Virus record (IMG/VR): IMGVR_UViG_3300018059_000546
Direction: 5' to 3' (one strand)
Source: a virus
Length of the DNA: 64,000 bases
Under the pieces are notes generated by a model. That model was not told where the DNA came from. It ran no database searches and saw nothing but the letters and a program-made list of their open reading frames with translations. Made by a program: the position numbers and the translations under genes. This document shows, in pieces, positions 9,661 through 19,683 of this stretch (positions are counted from its first letter, which is position 1; every line of letters begins with the position of its first letter).

Positions 9661-11271
9661 TCACTTGAAGAGCCAATTGAAATCAATCGTTCCAGGTATC
9701 GGAGCGTCCACCTTTCTGTACCCAGACGTCAAAATCGGTGCTCTAATTTCGTTATTCTTCTGTTGTAGAATCTCAGGTTTCAACCCGTCCGGTTCTTTCA
9801 AAGGTCGCGAAGACTTACTGATGTGACCCAAAAGAATAGCATCTGCCACGAAGTCTCCTGTACCCTCACCGTAGACTGCGTCCATGACGTAGACTCCGAT
9901 AGCTAAAGATACGATCAGATCGTCATGTTTTCCTCGCATGGGACGAGCTTTTTCACCCTCCCAGATGAAAGTATCTAGCTCTTGCATGAGGCGGCTAGAG
10001 TACGTTCTGAGCTTTTTGCGTCTGATGATCGTTTCGAGCTTACTGAGTGCGATCCTTCTCGTATTCAAATCTGTCACAAATCCTGGCATCTCTTCAGCCG
10101 ATGGAATGTATCCATCCAGGCGTCCTTTGGGAGCCTTCATGTAGTACAGTTTGGGGTACTTCTTGAGCTTGAGATGAGAGCAGGTCATGTATCCGAACGT
10201 ATTCTGTTCTGGACAGCAAAGAGCGTTGTAGTAACGTCTGCCCCATTCGTCAATGAGCTCAGCCAGCTTATCAGGTGATCTCTTTCCACAGTACTCTACA
10301 ACGACCTCTGCAGCATCTACATCGATGATATGGAATGTGGAGAAGTCCTTAGCATCTCCTCTAGCAACGTCTGCAGAGATAATATATCGATGTCCAGAAA
10401 CGGGTGCTTTCCAAACCCAGCAGTCCTTGTTTTCAGGATCTTTCGAAGGTTCGGTCTTCAAAGAAGTGAGCCATAGCATCTCTTCGTTTTGGAAGAACGT
10501 ATCTCCCGATCCAATGAACTGACATAGAAGTTCTTGGAGCACTCGCTTGCGTGATCCTAGTTGACGTGATTGTTCTTCGAACCACGCTTGGTCACGTTCT
10601 GGATGTAGATCCCAGGATAGCTTGATGGGATTGAAGTCGTTTTTTCTGGCTTCGGCGGCCGTATAGAGGTCGTAGTACAGGCCACCGACACCGTTCGGAG
10701 TAGAGAGGATGATCGCATTGCCTCCAGTAGAAAGGGTAGGATAGATCGAAGTCCATAATTCTTCGAAGTTAGAAATGAATGCAGCTTCGTCGACGATCAG
10801 AAGCGAAATGGCCTCAGAGCGACCGGCATTCGATGAAGTCGTGGACGCCTGGATGATCGATCCATTGGCGAACCGAACTTCTTGACGGTTCGATTCGAAA
10901 GAACTGATCAAAAGCCATGGTGGAAGGCTTTCCATCATCTTTTTGACCTTCTTGATGAAGTTCACCGCGGTCGAGAGCTTGGTAGCAATGACAAGGATGT
11001 TCTTATCTCGATAGAACAGAGCCAACCAAACAGCGTAAGCGGCTGATATGGTCGAAATTCCCAGCTGCCTAGATTTCAGAATGATGTTGAATCGGTGTTC
11101 AATGAACTGTTCGATGCAATCTTTCTGGAAATCGTAAAGCTTGAAAGGGACAGTTCCCCTAGTCGGGTGTTGAACCTTGCAGTAATTCTCAATGAAGTGA
11201 ATTGGGTCTTTTCCACACTTCACAATTTCGTTAATGTGGAGCTGTCTACTTCTATCGAAAGCGTTCTTCAT
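9661..11271 (-). CDS. terL: Terminase large subunit (T4 gp17-like)
   Basis: LYDFQ, KSRQLGIST (Walker A), LLIVDEAAF (Walker B), LSTPNG, ISADVARG, HDDLIVS. Confidence 0.96.
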   Translation of the reverse strand: MKNAFDRSRQLHINEIVKCGKDPIHFIENYCKVQHPTRGTVPFKLYDFQKDCIEQFIEHRFNIILKSRQLGISTISAAYAVWLALFYRDKNILVIATKLSTAVNFIKKVKKMMESLPPWLLISSFESNRQEVRFANGSIIQASTTSSNAGRSEAISLLIVDEAAFISNFEELWTSIYPTLSTGGNAIILSTPNGVGGLYYDLYTAAEARKNDFNPIKLSWDLHPERDQAWFEEQSRQLGSRKRVLQELLCQFIGSGDTFFQNEEMLWLTSLKTEPSKDPENKDCWVWKAPVSGHRYIISADVARGDAKDFSTFHIIDVDAAEVVVEYCGKRSPDKLAELIDEWGRRYYNALCCPEQNTFGYMTCSHLKLKKYPKLYYMKAPKGRLDGYIPSAEEMPGFVTDLNTRRIALSKLETIIRRKKLRTYSSRLMQELDTFIWEGEKARPMRGKHDDLIVSLAIGVYVMDAVYGEGTGDFVADAILLGHISKSSRPLKEPDGLKPEILQQKNNEIRAPILTSGYRKVDAPIPGTIDFNWLFK

Positions 11272-11275
11272 TCAG

Positions 11276-11659
11276 TCATTCCATCGAGAACACAAGATGT
11301 CGTCTGTAGTACGACATACGACGTGGGCTAGTAAACGTTCCCGAAATCAACTCAAATGCGTCAGTGTCACCAACTTGCTTAAACTTCAGAGAATCGCCAC
11401 CCAAGTCCTTGTATTCCTTCTTTATCTTCGTCACTGCATCCTTGACTAGGGCCTCGGATTCGATCTTACAACGTTCTTGCGCTGTCTGAAGATCATGTGT
11501 ACCGAAGGTGTTCACAATCGTAGTAAAGACGAAGGTAACCAAGGTGTCATCTCCGTTGCCAGCAAGTTTGATCTTGACGGATTTTGTAGAATCTTCGGAC
11601 AGAGATGATCTTCCGAACGTAGTATCAATGCACTGTCCAAGCAAATTGAAGTCGACCAT
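11276..11659 (-). CDS. Hypothetical protein
   Basis: 127 aa ORF directly upstream of the terminase. Confidence 0.65.
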   Translation of the reverse strand: MVDFNLLGQCIDTTFGRSSLSEDSTKSVKIKLAGNGDDTLVTFVFTTIVNTFGTHDLQTAQERCKIESEALVKDAVTKIKKEYKDLGGDSLKFKQVGDTDAFELISGTFTSPRRMSYYRRHLVFSME

Positions 11660-11666
11660 TGTGCTA

Positions 11667-11948
11667 TTAAGTATCCCGTAGCATGGAGAGGTCTACTGAG
11701 ACTGGAAGAGAGAGCCTTTTCTCTACTTCTTCCTTCAGAGCCTCAGGTGTCGGACGCCAACCGGTCTTCCATTCTTCCAATCTGCTGTCAGCGAATGTCA
11801 TCCCGCACTTGTGGCAGCATTTCTTGGCCTCGTAGGAGACTCTATCCTCGTACGTTCGCATGGCAAACTCGCAGACAGGACAGAACATGGGAATGCCTTC
11901 CGATGGGTCTGTTCTCTTGTCAACGAAGACGAAATCCACGTTCTTCAT
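11667..11948 (-). CDS. Hypothetical zinc-binding protein
   Basis: CPVC...CCHKC; ATGA overlap with the upstream gene. Confidence 0.6.
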   Translation of the reverse strand: MKNVDFVFVDKRTDPSEGIPMFCPVCEFAMRTYEDRVSYEAKKCCHKCGMTFADSRLEEWKTGWRPTPEALKEEVEKRLSLPVSVDLSMLRDT

Positions 11949-14900
11949 GAATTTCCGCCATCCAGCTTAGAAAACTCTCCGACCATGCTAACTTCTAGAG
12001 TTCTATCCATCATTTCTTTGACCGAATCGTTATGGGTCATGACGATCACGAATCTGAAGATCTTCTTCAATTCTGCGAGCAATCCCTTGCAAGCCATGAC
12101 GTTGTCAGCATCCAACATAGAAAATCCTTCGTCTACGATGAAGAAGTCTGGCATAGGGATGCAAGATATGTCTCTAAGCGCCACTCGTAAAGCCAGAGAA
12201 ATAAGGGTTCTCTCCATCCCGGATCCAAGTTCGGCTATCCGCTTCTTCCCTTTCTTAGAAAGAATGACTTCTAAATTCCCCTTTTCGTCGTCCATCCTAA
12301 GTTGAACTGTGAAATCGACGATCTTGGAAAGTAGATCATTCATTCGATTGTTGATGTGATCCAAGTGCTGAGACATGATGAACCTTGGAAGTCCATCCTT
12401 AGAAAAGATTTCTGTGATAGTCTCTAAGAGATCTAGACGATTATCGAGTGTCGAACAGAGTTCGATCTGGGTTTTAGTGAGTTCTACTTCTTTGCGTAGA
12501 CTTCCCAATTCTGAGTGTGACTCGTCCAGTTCTAACTGAACAGTTGAGTGCCTAGTCCGTGTGGCCAACAAGAGCTCAACCTTTTTTTCATCGATCGTAT
12601 CGAATTGTGACTTAGTTGATTCGAGCTTTTCATTGACCTTTAGAAGCGAGTCCTTTCTCGATGAAACCAACGTATCGATAGAACGAAGCTCGTTTACGAA
12701 CTTCTCCTTCTCCTTGTTCAGATCATCTCTTGTCTTGCTCTTAGAGAGAAGATCATCGATCTTCAAAACTGCCATTTGGTCGGCAAGATCAGAAACTGCC
12801 GACTCTATCTTTTGGTAGTTTTTTCTCAACGATGAAAGAGATTGTTTGTCCTTATGAGAATCGACTATGAATTTGCACGTGAGAAACTGGTCTCCACAGG
12901 GTACCTCCAAAAGCTTGAGAGAAGACTTTTCTGCAGTCTTCAATTTTTCTGATGCGATTGACAGATCATTTTTAGCTGTTCCAAGAACGTCCTTCAGCTT
13001 CATTGCGTCCTTCATTTTTTGGACGATTTGCATTGCATCAATCGCTGCGATCTTAAAATCTAACTGTAGTACATCATCTTCGTAGGTTGCTTTCTTCTTT
13101 TCGCAATCAGAAAGTTGAGATGCTATTGAGTCACTCAGGACGATCAGTTTTGCCAGTTCTTTTTCCAGAGCACTCTTAGAAAGGAGAGAAGAACCAGACT
13201 TGGATATTTCCACTTCAAGTTTTTGAATCGATGCTGAAAGTTTATCTCGTTCCTTCGTTTTGCTGCCCAGGTCATTTGTCAGTTGGATGATGAGATTTTC
13301 TCTCTTCTTGAGCTCATCTCGAAGCATAGTCACAGGAATAGTACTTGTGACCTTTCTCTCCGTCTTGACAGTATTCATCTCTTTCTTTGCGAGAGAATGG
13401 ATATCAGACAAGCAATCGATTCCAAGGAATCTCGAAACGATTTCCTTCCTGACTGTCGATCCTTCTTTCAAGAACTTTCCGAGATCTTCTTGGGCTGCCA
13501 TCGAGGTCATCATGAAATCATCGACAGAACCGATCATATCTTTGATGACCTTGTCGGTGTCGTTTCTCTGTTCTCCTGTCAAATCAGATTTCTTCGACAA
13601 TGCCTTGAGATGAAGCTTAGTGGCCGAGGCATCTCTATTCACAGGATGACGGGTAGATGTTCTCACAATTTCGTAGGTATTGCCATCCACGTCCACCTCG
13701 CTACATGTCCTGGACGAATCCTTCGAATCGTTGATGTAGAATGCGTTCTTCGTACAGTCTCGATCAGAACTGTTGAAAAGTCCGTACAGGAGAGCTCCCA
13801 GAACAGACGATTTTCCGGATGCGTTGGGACCGATGATTCCGACGAGCCCTGATAAATCGGCAAAGTCTATTTCGTTGTTTTCAGCATATGAATACAGGTT
13901 GTCGAATGAGAACTTATTCATCGTCCATCGATGAGGCTTAACATTTCCGACCTTCAATCGGTCCGCATACGAACGAATTTCTACTTCGACATCTTTCCAC
14001 TTGATATCTGTTTTGACATTGTGGTCAGCATAGTGTTTAGCTTGCAGCACAAGAGAATCGATGGAATCTAACTTGACAGCTTCAGAAATTCTCTTCTTTA
14101 CGCTCTTTTCAGCTTTTTGACTTTCTAGCATCACCACTTCGTGAGCTTCAAAAGACGACAACGTATCTTTAAGGGAAGACTTCTGAACGGCTGTCAAGTC
14201 TTCGCAGATAAGACGGCATCGAACGTTTTTCAGATCTACCAAGTCAGTCGCGATTACGGACTTGTAGTTTTCTGGATTAATAGTGAGAGTGACGAAAGGA
14301 TTCGCACCTTCAATCTTTACGAACTCTACCTCTCTTTTGCCTGTATCAAGATCGATCGTCCACAACAAGTACCCGTGATCTAAATCTTCATCGTAGCTTT
14401 GTTGAATAAGAGAACCTGGGTAAGCTACTCTTGGAGGATTGTAGTTCCCAAGAAATTGGGTCTTATGGATATCACCAAGCATGGCGATGTCGAATTCGTC
14501 AAAATCAGAGACGAATTTCTCTCCCTCCATCTCCCAATCCGAAGCTGTCTTCGCTCCATGAACTGCGCCGTGAAAGCACGCGATATTGTATTTCCCTTTC
14601 TGCGCATGCAGGTCTTCCCAATTTTCTGGATCGAATGGACTGTAGACACACCAGTTCGCCCTATCGGTGATCGAATACACCCCTGTACGCTTGTACAGTT
14701 TCACCTTGGGGTCATCCATGATATCAACGATAGGAGAGACAGCATCTAGCCTCTCCAGATTCTTCAGATTCCCATCGTGGTTACCCAACATCATATGCAC
14801 TTCGGCCACTTCACGAAGTGATCTGAGCGTATCGTAGAGCAGATTTATGTACTCTGGGGAGATTCCTGACAACTTCGTATGGAAGATGTCTCCACCGATC

Positions 14901-15043
14901 CAAACGTATTCTACCCCTCTTTTAGCGATGTCTTGTTTGAGGTTTTCGAAGACGCGTCTGTACTCATCATGTCGCTGAGTGGACCTGATATGAATGTCAG
15001 CGATGTGGCAGATCTTCAGAATGTTTTTGCTTCTAGTTTCCAT
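11945..15043 (-). CDS. Fused Mre11/SbcD nuclease and Rad50/SbcC ATPase (T4 gp47-gp46-like)
   Basis: Phosphoesterase motifs HIADIH, GGDIFH, LGNHD, LGDIH; Walker A GPNASGKSS, coiled coil, Walker B FFIVDEGF, MTH. Confidence 0.92.
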   Translation of the reverse strand: METRSKNILKICHIADIHIRSTQRHDEYRRVFENLKQDIAKRGVEYVWIGGDIFHTKLSGISPEYINLLYDTLRSLREVAEVHMMLGNHDGNLKNLERLDAVSPIVDIMDDPKVKLYKRTGVYSITDRANWCVYSPFDPENWEDLHAQKGKYNIACFHGAVHGAKTASDWEMEGEKFVSDFDEFDIAMLGDIHKTQFLGNYNPPRVAYPGSLIQQSYDEDLDHGYLLWTIDLDTGKREVEFVKIEGANPFVTLTINPENYKSVIATDLVDLKNVRCRLICEDLTAVQKSSLKDTLSSFEAHEVVMLESQKAEKSVKKRISEAVKLDSIDSLVLQAKHYADHNVKTDIKWKDVEVEIRSYADRLKVGNVKPHRWTMNKFSFDNLYSYAENNEIDFADLSGLVGIIGPNASGKSSVLGALLYGLFNSSDRDCTKNAFYINDSKDSSRTCSEVDVDGNTYEIVRTSTRHPVNRDASATKLHLKALSKKSDLTGEQRNDTDKVIKDMIGSVDDFMMTSMAAQEDLGKFLKEGSTVRKEIVSRFLGIDCLSDIHSLAKKEMNTVKTERKVTSTIPVTMLRDELKKRENLIIQLTNDLGSKTKERDKLSASIQKLEVEISKSGSSLLSKSALEKELAKLIVLSDSIASQLSDCEKKKATYEDDVLQLDFKIAAIDAMQIVQKMKDAMKLKDVLGTAKNDLSIASEKLKTAEKSSLKLLEVPCGDQFLTCKFIVDSHKDKQSLSSLRKNYQKIESAVSDLADQMAVLKIDDLLSKSKTRDDLNKEKEKFVNELRSIDTLVSSRKDSLLKVNEKLESTKSQFDTIDEKKVELLLATRTRHSTVQLELDESHSELGSLRKEVELTKTQIELCSTLDNRLDLLETITEIFSKDGLPRFIMSQHLDHINNRMNDLLSKIVDFTVQLRMDDEKGNLEVILSKKGKKRIAELGSGMERTLISLALRVALRDISCIPMPDFFIVDEGFSMLDADNVMACKGLLAELKKIFRFVIVMTHNDSVKEMMDRTLEVSMVGEFSKLDGGNS

Positions 15044-15990
15044 ATGCTCCCACTGGCACTTTCGATAGTTCTATGAAGCTTGAGCTTCATGATGTCGTAT
15101 TCTGTCAGAACTTGAGCCTTTTTGACAACTTCTTCCACAGCCACGGCTGTCATTTGTCCCGGATCTTTGTTGTCTAAGAATACGCATTTTACCGATATTC
15201 CGTATGACATGAATCTCTTCGTAAGATACAACATCCTCTCTTGCATGTCAGAATCTAACATCAACACAATCGGTGTTCCATTGTACAAAATCTTATCGTG
15301 GAGGAGCGCTTCTTCTGAGATTGAAGATCCGAGAATGCATGTGGCGTTCATACGGCATTTGATAAGATCGAAAGGTCCTTCTACAAGAACGAGTTCTTTC
15401 TTCCAATCAATGTTCATTTCATCGAAGACTATCTCAGTTCGTTTGATGTCGCAATTCTCGTACTTTCGAAATTGCTGATCTGTGACTATTCTTCCAGTGA
15501 AGTAGTTCAAATCTCCGTTACGATCGAACGATGGAACGATGATTCGATCGATCCATTTTTCATTTCGAGAATATCCGAGCTTCCATCTCCACATCTCTCT
15601 GATTCCGATACCTCTAGATTTGAGGTATCCAACCAACCTATCAGCATACTGATCTCCTTGAGTCGCTCCAAGAAGTTTGAAATCTGATGGTAGACACAAC
15701 GGCATGACATCATCGATTGTTGCCGACTTGTCATGCAAGAATGGATTGATGACCTTGTAGTCTTCAATACGGTCTTGGGCGAATTTTTTGAGCAGAGGAA
15801 GAAGAGAACGGGCAGACCATCCACACACCCAGCAGTGGTTGACATCGTCTGTCAACCTGATTGACAACTTCTTTTTCTCTGCCCTGCTGTCGTTACAAAT
15901 AGGGCAACGAACTGTTATGTTCTCTCGTCGAACGTCACCAGCACCAAAAATGGACTGAATGAAGTCGATTTTTTGTGAGGCCGTGAGCAT
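15016..15990 (-). CDS. DNA primase (zinc finger plus TOPRIM)
   Basis: CPIC...HCWVC, RIIVP, LVEGPFD, LDSD, KDPG; start re-placed at ATG 15990 to avoid overlap with the upstream gene. Confidence 0.9.
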   Translation of the reverse strand: MLTASQKIDFIQSIFGAGDVRRENITVRCPICNDSRAEKKKLSIRLTDDVNHCWVCGWSARSLLPLLKKFAQDRIEDYKVINPFLHDKSATIDDVMPLCLPSDFKLLGATQGDQYADRLVGYLKSRGIGIREMWRWKLGYSRNEKWIDRIIVPSFDRNGDLNYFTGRIVTDQQFRKYENCDIKRTEIVFDEMNIDWKKELVLVEGPFDLIKCRMNATCILGSSISEEALLHDKILYNGTPIVLMLDSDMQERMLYLTKRFMSYGISVKCVFLDNKDPGQMTAVAVEEVVKKAQVLTEYDIMKLKLHRTIESASGSIWKLEAKTF

Positions 15991-16001
15991 TCTACATTTG
16001 A

Positions 16002-16030
16002 ATTTTACTTCTTCGGTGGTACCTTGTGCA
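16002..16030 (-). promoter_or_regulatory. Putative sigma70-type promoter for primase
   Basis: TGCACA-17 nt-TAAAAT, ending 11 nt upstream of ATG 15990. Confidence 0.4.
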
Positions 16031-16718
16031 TGTGACAAGTTTTTTGTAGATGGCCGCGGCCTTTACAGAGCTTGCAGAGTCTCTTTTTCCCTCTCAAAGA
16101 GGCAGCCATTTTTTCACGCGTTTCTAAAGAGATTGTAAGCTTTTTCTGAGCAACACTCATTCTCTGTCTAGTTTCATCGTTAGCTTTACGGCCGAGCATA
16201 CTTTTGATTCCCGGCTTTCCAAACATAGGATTTTTGTCACCTAGTTTAGATTTTCTAATGTTTTCGGCATGTTCTTTGCTCTTCTTTTTCCCTGTTAGAT
16301 TTTCACGTAAAATACGAGCAGCTTTGAGAGCAGTTTCAGGATCTTTCATGGGGTTGTTTTCACGCAACCTTTTTGAAAATTTCTCTCGTTTTTCGAGAGT
16401 CCATGATGCTTTCATTTTCTCACGAACTTCTTCAGATGGATTTACTATTCCGTCTCCGCCTCGTGTCATATTCGTTCCAATGTTTTTACCCGCCGCACGA
16501 GTTCCAAGTTCTGCGACTAGACGAATTTCTAAATCAAGAGCGTCGTATGGGCAACATGTTTGGTAGACTATTTGACGATGAATTCCAAATGTAGACGCTA
16601 TCTTACGATGTTTCGTGTTCCTACGAAAACTCTTGACACGATCCTTGTTTCCCTTTCCAACGTAGAAAGGTCTTGGAACTACTTCTTCTGTGTAGTCAAC
16701 GTAGACAAAATACCAGAT
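16005..16718 (-). CDS. GIY-YIG-like homing endonuclease with NUMOD3 repeats (start uncertain)
   Basis: YFVY...FYVGKG...R, LEIRLV, NMTRGGDG, NPMFGK and SKEHAENI repeats. Confidence 0.8.
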   Translation of the reverse strand: MWYFVYVDYTEEVVPRPFYVGKGNKDRVKSFRRNTKHRKIASTFGIHRQIVYQTCCPYDALDLEIRLVAELGTRAAGKNIGTNMTRGGDGIVNPSEEVREKMKASWTLEKREKFSKRLRENNPMKDPETALKAARILRENLTGKKKSKEHAENIRKSKLGDKNPMFGKPGIKSMLGRKANDETRQRMSVAQKKLTISLETREKMAASLRGKKRLCKLCKGRGHLQKTCHMHKVPPKK

Positions 16719-17236
16719 TTTGCAATCACGTAAGAGTCCATCGTATCGTACGCCCAATCGACTATTTTTGATGAACGTTTTTTGGTGGGCCAAACTAGAT
16801 GTTTGAGATCTCTCTCCATCAAATAGTCTGCTGTTTGCTGCTTGTGGGTTTTCCCGCATTTCGACACTCGTTGCGTCAAAATACCACACGTTTTTCTAGC
16901 GTGTGAGGCTGTTATGAATTTTGGAGAACTTAATAGTTCTCGAACTTTCCAAGACACCAATGTGTTGAATCTAATCAACGTCATCAGTGTGTGTGCAGAC
17001 GTCTTGCCCTGACTATAGCCAAGAGCAGGTTCTTCAATCCAAACTTCGTAGATTGAGTGCGCGATCAAAAGTTTAGAAATTTCGTCGTGTACGAAATCTA
17101 CTTTCTTCCAAAAATCATCTATCTTTCTAAGATCAATGTGTGTCATCAACACAATAGAAAAATCTTCTTTCAAAATCGTTACACCAACGATAGAAGTAGA
17201 GACGTCTAAACCCATAAAAAGATTTGACATTTTCAA
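16679..17236 (-). CDS. RuvC-like Holliday junction resolvase
   Basis: MGLDVSTSIVG, WIEEP, DTMDSYVIA acidic active-site pattern. Confidence 0.8.
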   Translation of the reverse strand: MKMSNLFMGLDVSTSIVGVTILKEDFSIVLMTHIDLRKIDDFWKKVDFVHDEISKLLIAHSIYEVWIEEPALGYSQGKTSAHTLMTLIRFNTLVSWKVRELLSSPKFITASHARKTCGILTQRVSKCGKTHKQQTADYLMERDLKHLVWPTKKRSSKIVDWAYDTMDSYVIAKSGILSTLTTQKK

Positions 17237-19626
17237 AAATCATGTCTCAGGCGAAAAAGAAACTTGCTTCGTGAACGTTTGACGATCGGTTGCGCAAGCT
17301 GAGCTTTCATGACAACGTTCAAATTTTCATCGTGTAGATTCACATTAGTGATGTACACGTACCTTTGATCGTCGTCGTTGGCAGAGAATGAAGCAGACAA
17401 GGGAACGTACGTTGCGTTAGAAGACGAATTGAGAGTAGCAGGCAGGGCGAGCACATTCACCTTCATCACGTGAACTTCTTGCTCTCCTCTAAAGTTCACA
17501 ACGTATCCACTTCGTCCGAAGAATGGAATTTCAGGAGTTTTGATTACGGCGAATCCGTCTTCGTACAACACGTTTCCGACGCTTGCCCAAGTTGCGTGTG
17601 GAGTTCGAGCGTTCGCCCTGTACAACCCTCCTCTGCCATCATCTTGGAATGTGATCTTCACTTTTCCGTCGCTGCCCGAGATGTTAGAGTCAGAAACAGT
17701 GAAAGACCCCGGCATGATCCTTCCTCCATAAAACAAGTTGCTGATATCAAACATCGCAACTTCGTTAGAACTTGCATCTCTAGTTCTTTGGTAAATTGTC
17801 AACCCTCTAGACCGAGAGCTAGTTCCAGGTGGCCTCTCGTGAACTTTACCGACTTCTGGACTGGGACCCATCAAACTATCGAACATCGATCCTGAATCGA
17901 CGCTTGTCAGAGCATCGTATGTCAGAACACCGCTCATCATATTTTCTAAGCTGATGAACGATGGGTCATAAGATCCTACAGCGTCGAGTTGGTTCGCATT
18001 CCCGTCGGTAAACGTACCTAGAAGAGAGAAATTCGGAACGAAATTCCCGTCGTCGCAAGGAAGAATCGTGAGATTTCTCTTGACAATTGGTGATTGGTCA
18101 TACAAGAAATCGTTAGCAGACTTTGCCTGGGTCGTAGCGGCGAGTATCGTCGCGGTCAAGTTCAGTAGACGAGGGAATCTTCCGGTCGCGAAATCCTTCG
18201 TGAAATTTTCGAGATTGATGTAGTGGCCGCCGACCCCAAAGGAGAAGTCCACGTTGAATGGGTCGACTGTTGTATCATCTCTTTGGAAGAATGGGGTTGT
18301 CGGTACGCCCCCGTATGTACCGACAAGAGTTCTTGTAGGAGATTCTCTTGTGAAGAAGGGAGGAACATAGAAGAGAACGTTGTCAAAATCTTCTATTCCG
18401 CTGCCAGCAGTACGATCTAGTTGAGCATCGTTCAGGTAAACATTTCTGATGCTTAGGTCATGAACTTCCGCGTTAAGAGGATGTGTGAACCTGTACGTTA
18501 CTGGAAAGTCTGCTCCTGCAACATCTAGAGATACAAGTCCATCGCGGGCTGCAACGTCAGCACCAAAGAAACGAGACTGCGCTGATGTTCCTGCGTTAGG
18601 ACCTTCGTAAAAATTACCAACGCAAAGAACGTCCGGGTACTCTCCCGTAAAAGCTCTTGGAAGAGCAATGCTCGTAGATGGAATGACGAAGTTTCCAGCG
18701 TTCAAACCATCGACAACGAAAGATCCCGTACCACTATTAGTGTTAGAAGTTCCCCATCGAACTACGACATGGTGCCAGTTGTTTCTAAGGAGAGAATTGT
18801 CGTTTGACATGAATGTCAAATTGTTAGCTGCAGGAAGAGCTAGCGAAGGCAGAACTTCAGAACTTTGACTAAGCTGCAATAGCAACCGAAATCCATTGGG
18901 ATACCCCTGCCCATCTTTTGAACTACCTGTCACAAGCGAAAGTGCGTAGGTAGAAGAATAGTGAAGTATCGTTCCGGGCCTAAAATTAGATAACGATTCA
19001 GCACGGTCTGTCGTATACCTGGGATTCAGATACATTTCGAACGTGAACGCACCTGTCACATTGTACGATGCGCTAGCGTAATTCGCGCTGTCGTAAACGT
19101 TTGGGTACAGAAGAACAGAATCGGACGGGACCTTCGACCCAGTAAAGAAATTCAACGCATGATAGTTCGTGTAACCCCACTGATACGACGGACGAACTGT
19201 TCGATAGAACGGCATCAACTTATTTTTGATAAGCAACTTCGCTGTCGTATCCTTAGTATACGCGAATGATGGTTCAAATCGAAGTATTTTCAGTTGCCTA
19301 TTTTTACGAACAGGAATTATCTGAGCATCGACTGCAGACATGTACGAGCTCATCTGTCGAAAGAAACTTCCAGTCGACGATGGGATCACATCGTTAGTTC
19401 TAACACCGGCTCTGATGTGTTGAAGTATGCTGTCTACCGATGAATCACTCGTACGAGTGTCAGTGAACGCAGATTTGGGACCGACGTCCTTTTGCGCATC
19501 TGACCTGCGTGGGAGAACGTAAATCGATCCCGTTGCGCCCGCGCTGGACGAAGTGAACGTCTGATACGGATTAGCAACTATGGTGAAGTGTTCGAGCTGA
19601 TCCTTGCCGATACGGAAAATTGACAT
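17233..19626 (-). CDS. Putative tail/baseplate protein with LamG-like domain
   Basis: AFTFEMYL...NNWHHVVVRW...VDG (concanavalin/LamG-like); C-terminus YITNVNLHDENLNVVMKAQLAQPIVK. Confidence 0.65.
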   Translation of the reverse strand: MSIFRIGKDQLEHFTIVANPYQTFTSSSAGATGSIYVLPRRSDAQKDVGPKSAFTDTRTSDSSVDSILQHIRAGVRTNDVIPSSTGSFFRQMSSYMSAVDAQIIPVRKNRQLKILRFEPSFAYTKDTTAKLLIKNKLMPFYRTVRPSYQWGYTNYHALNFFTGSKVPSDSVLLYPNVYDSANYASASYNVTGAFTFEMYLNPRYTTDRAESLSNFRPGTILHYSSTYALSLVTGSSKDGQGYPNGFRLLLQLSQSSEVLPSLALPAANNLTFMSNDNSLLRNNWHHVVVRWGTSNTNSGTGSFVVDGLNAGNFVIPSTSIALPRAFTGEYPDVLCVGNFYEGPNAGTSAQSRFFGADVAARDGLVSLDVAGADFPVTYRFTHPLNAEVHDLSIRNVYLNDAQLDRTAGSGIEDFDNVLFYVPPFFTRESPTRTLVGTYGGVPTTPFFQRDDTTVDPFNVDFSFGVGGHYINLENFTKDFATGRFPRLLNLTATILAATTQAKSANDFLYDQSPIVKRNLTILPCDDGNFVPNFSLLGTFTDGNANQLDAVGSYDPSFISLENMMSGVLTYDALTSVDSGSMFDSLMGPSPEVGKVHERPPGTSSRSRGLTIYQRTRDASSNEVAMFDISNLFYGGRIMPGSFTVSDSNISGSDGKVKITFQDDGRGGLYRANARTPHATWASVGNVLYEDGFAVIKTPEIPFFGRSGYVVNFRGEQEVHVMKVNVLALPATLNSSSNATYVPLSASFSANDDDQRYVYITNVNLHDENLNVVMKAQLAQPIVKRSRSKFLFRLRHDF

Positions 19627-19683
19627 CTGCTAAAGTAAGTAGCAAAGGTGGTATTTACTTGCTTTTAGAATATGCACTACTTT

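Noticed and set aside
16719-16889. 5' extension of the GIY-YIG ORF to 16889
   Set aside because: Lies wholly within ruvC; similarity to the paralog at 42407 starts only at about 16718
19630-19668. Imperfect hairpin upstream of 19626
   Set aside because: AT-rich stem with mismatches; too weak to call a terminator
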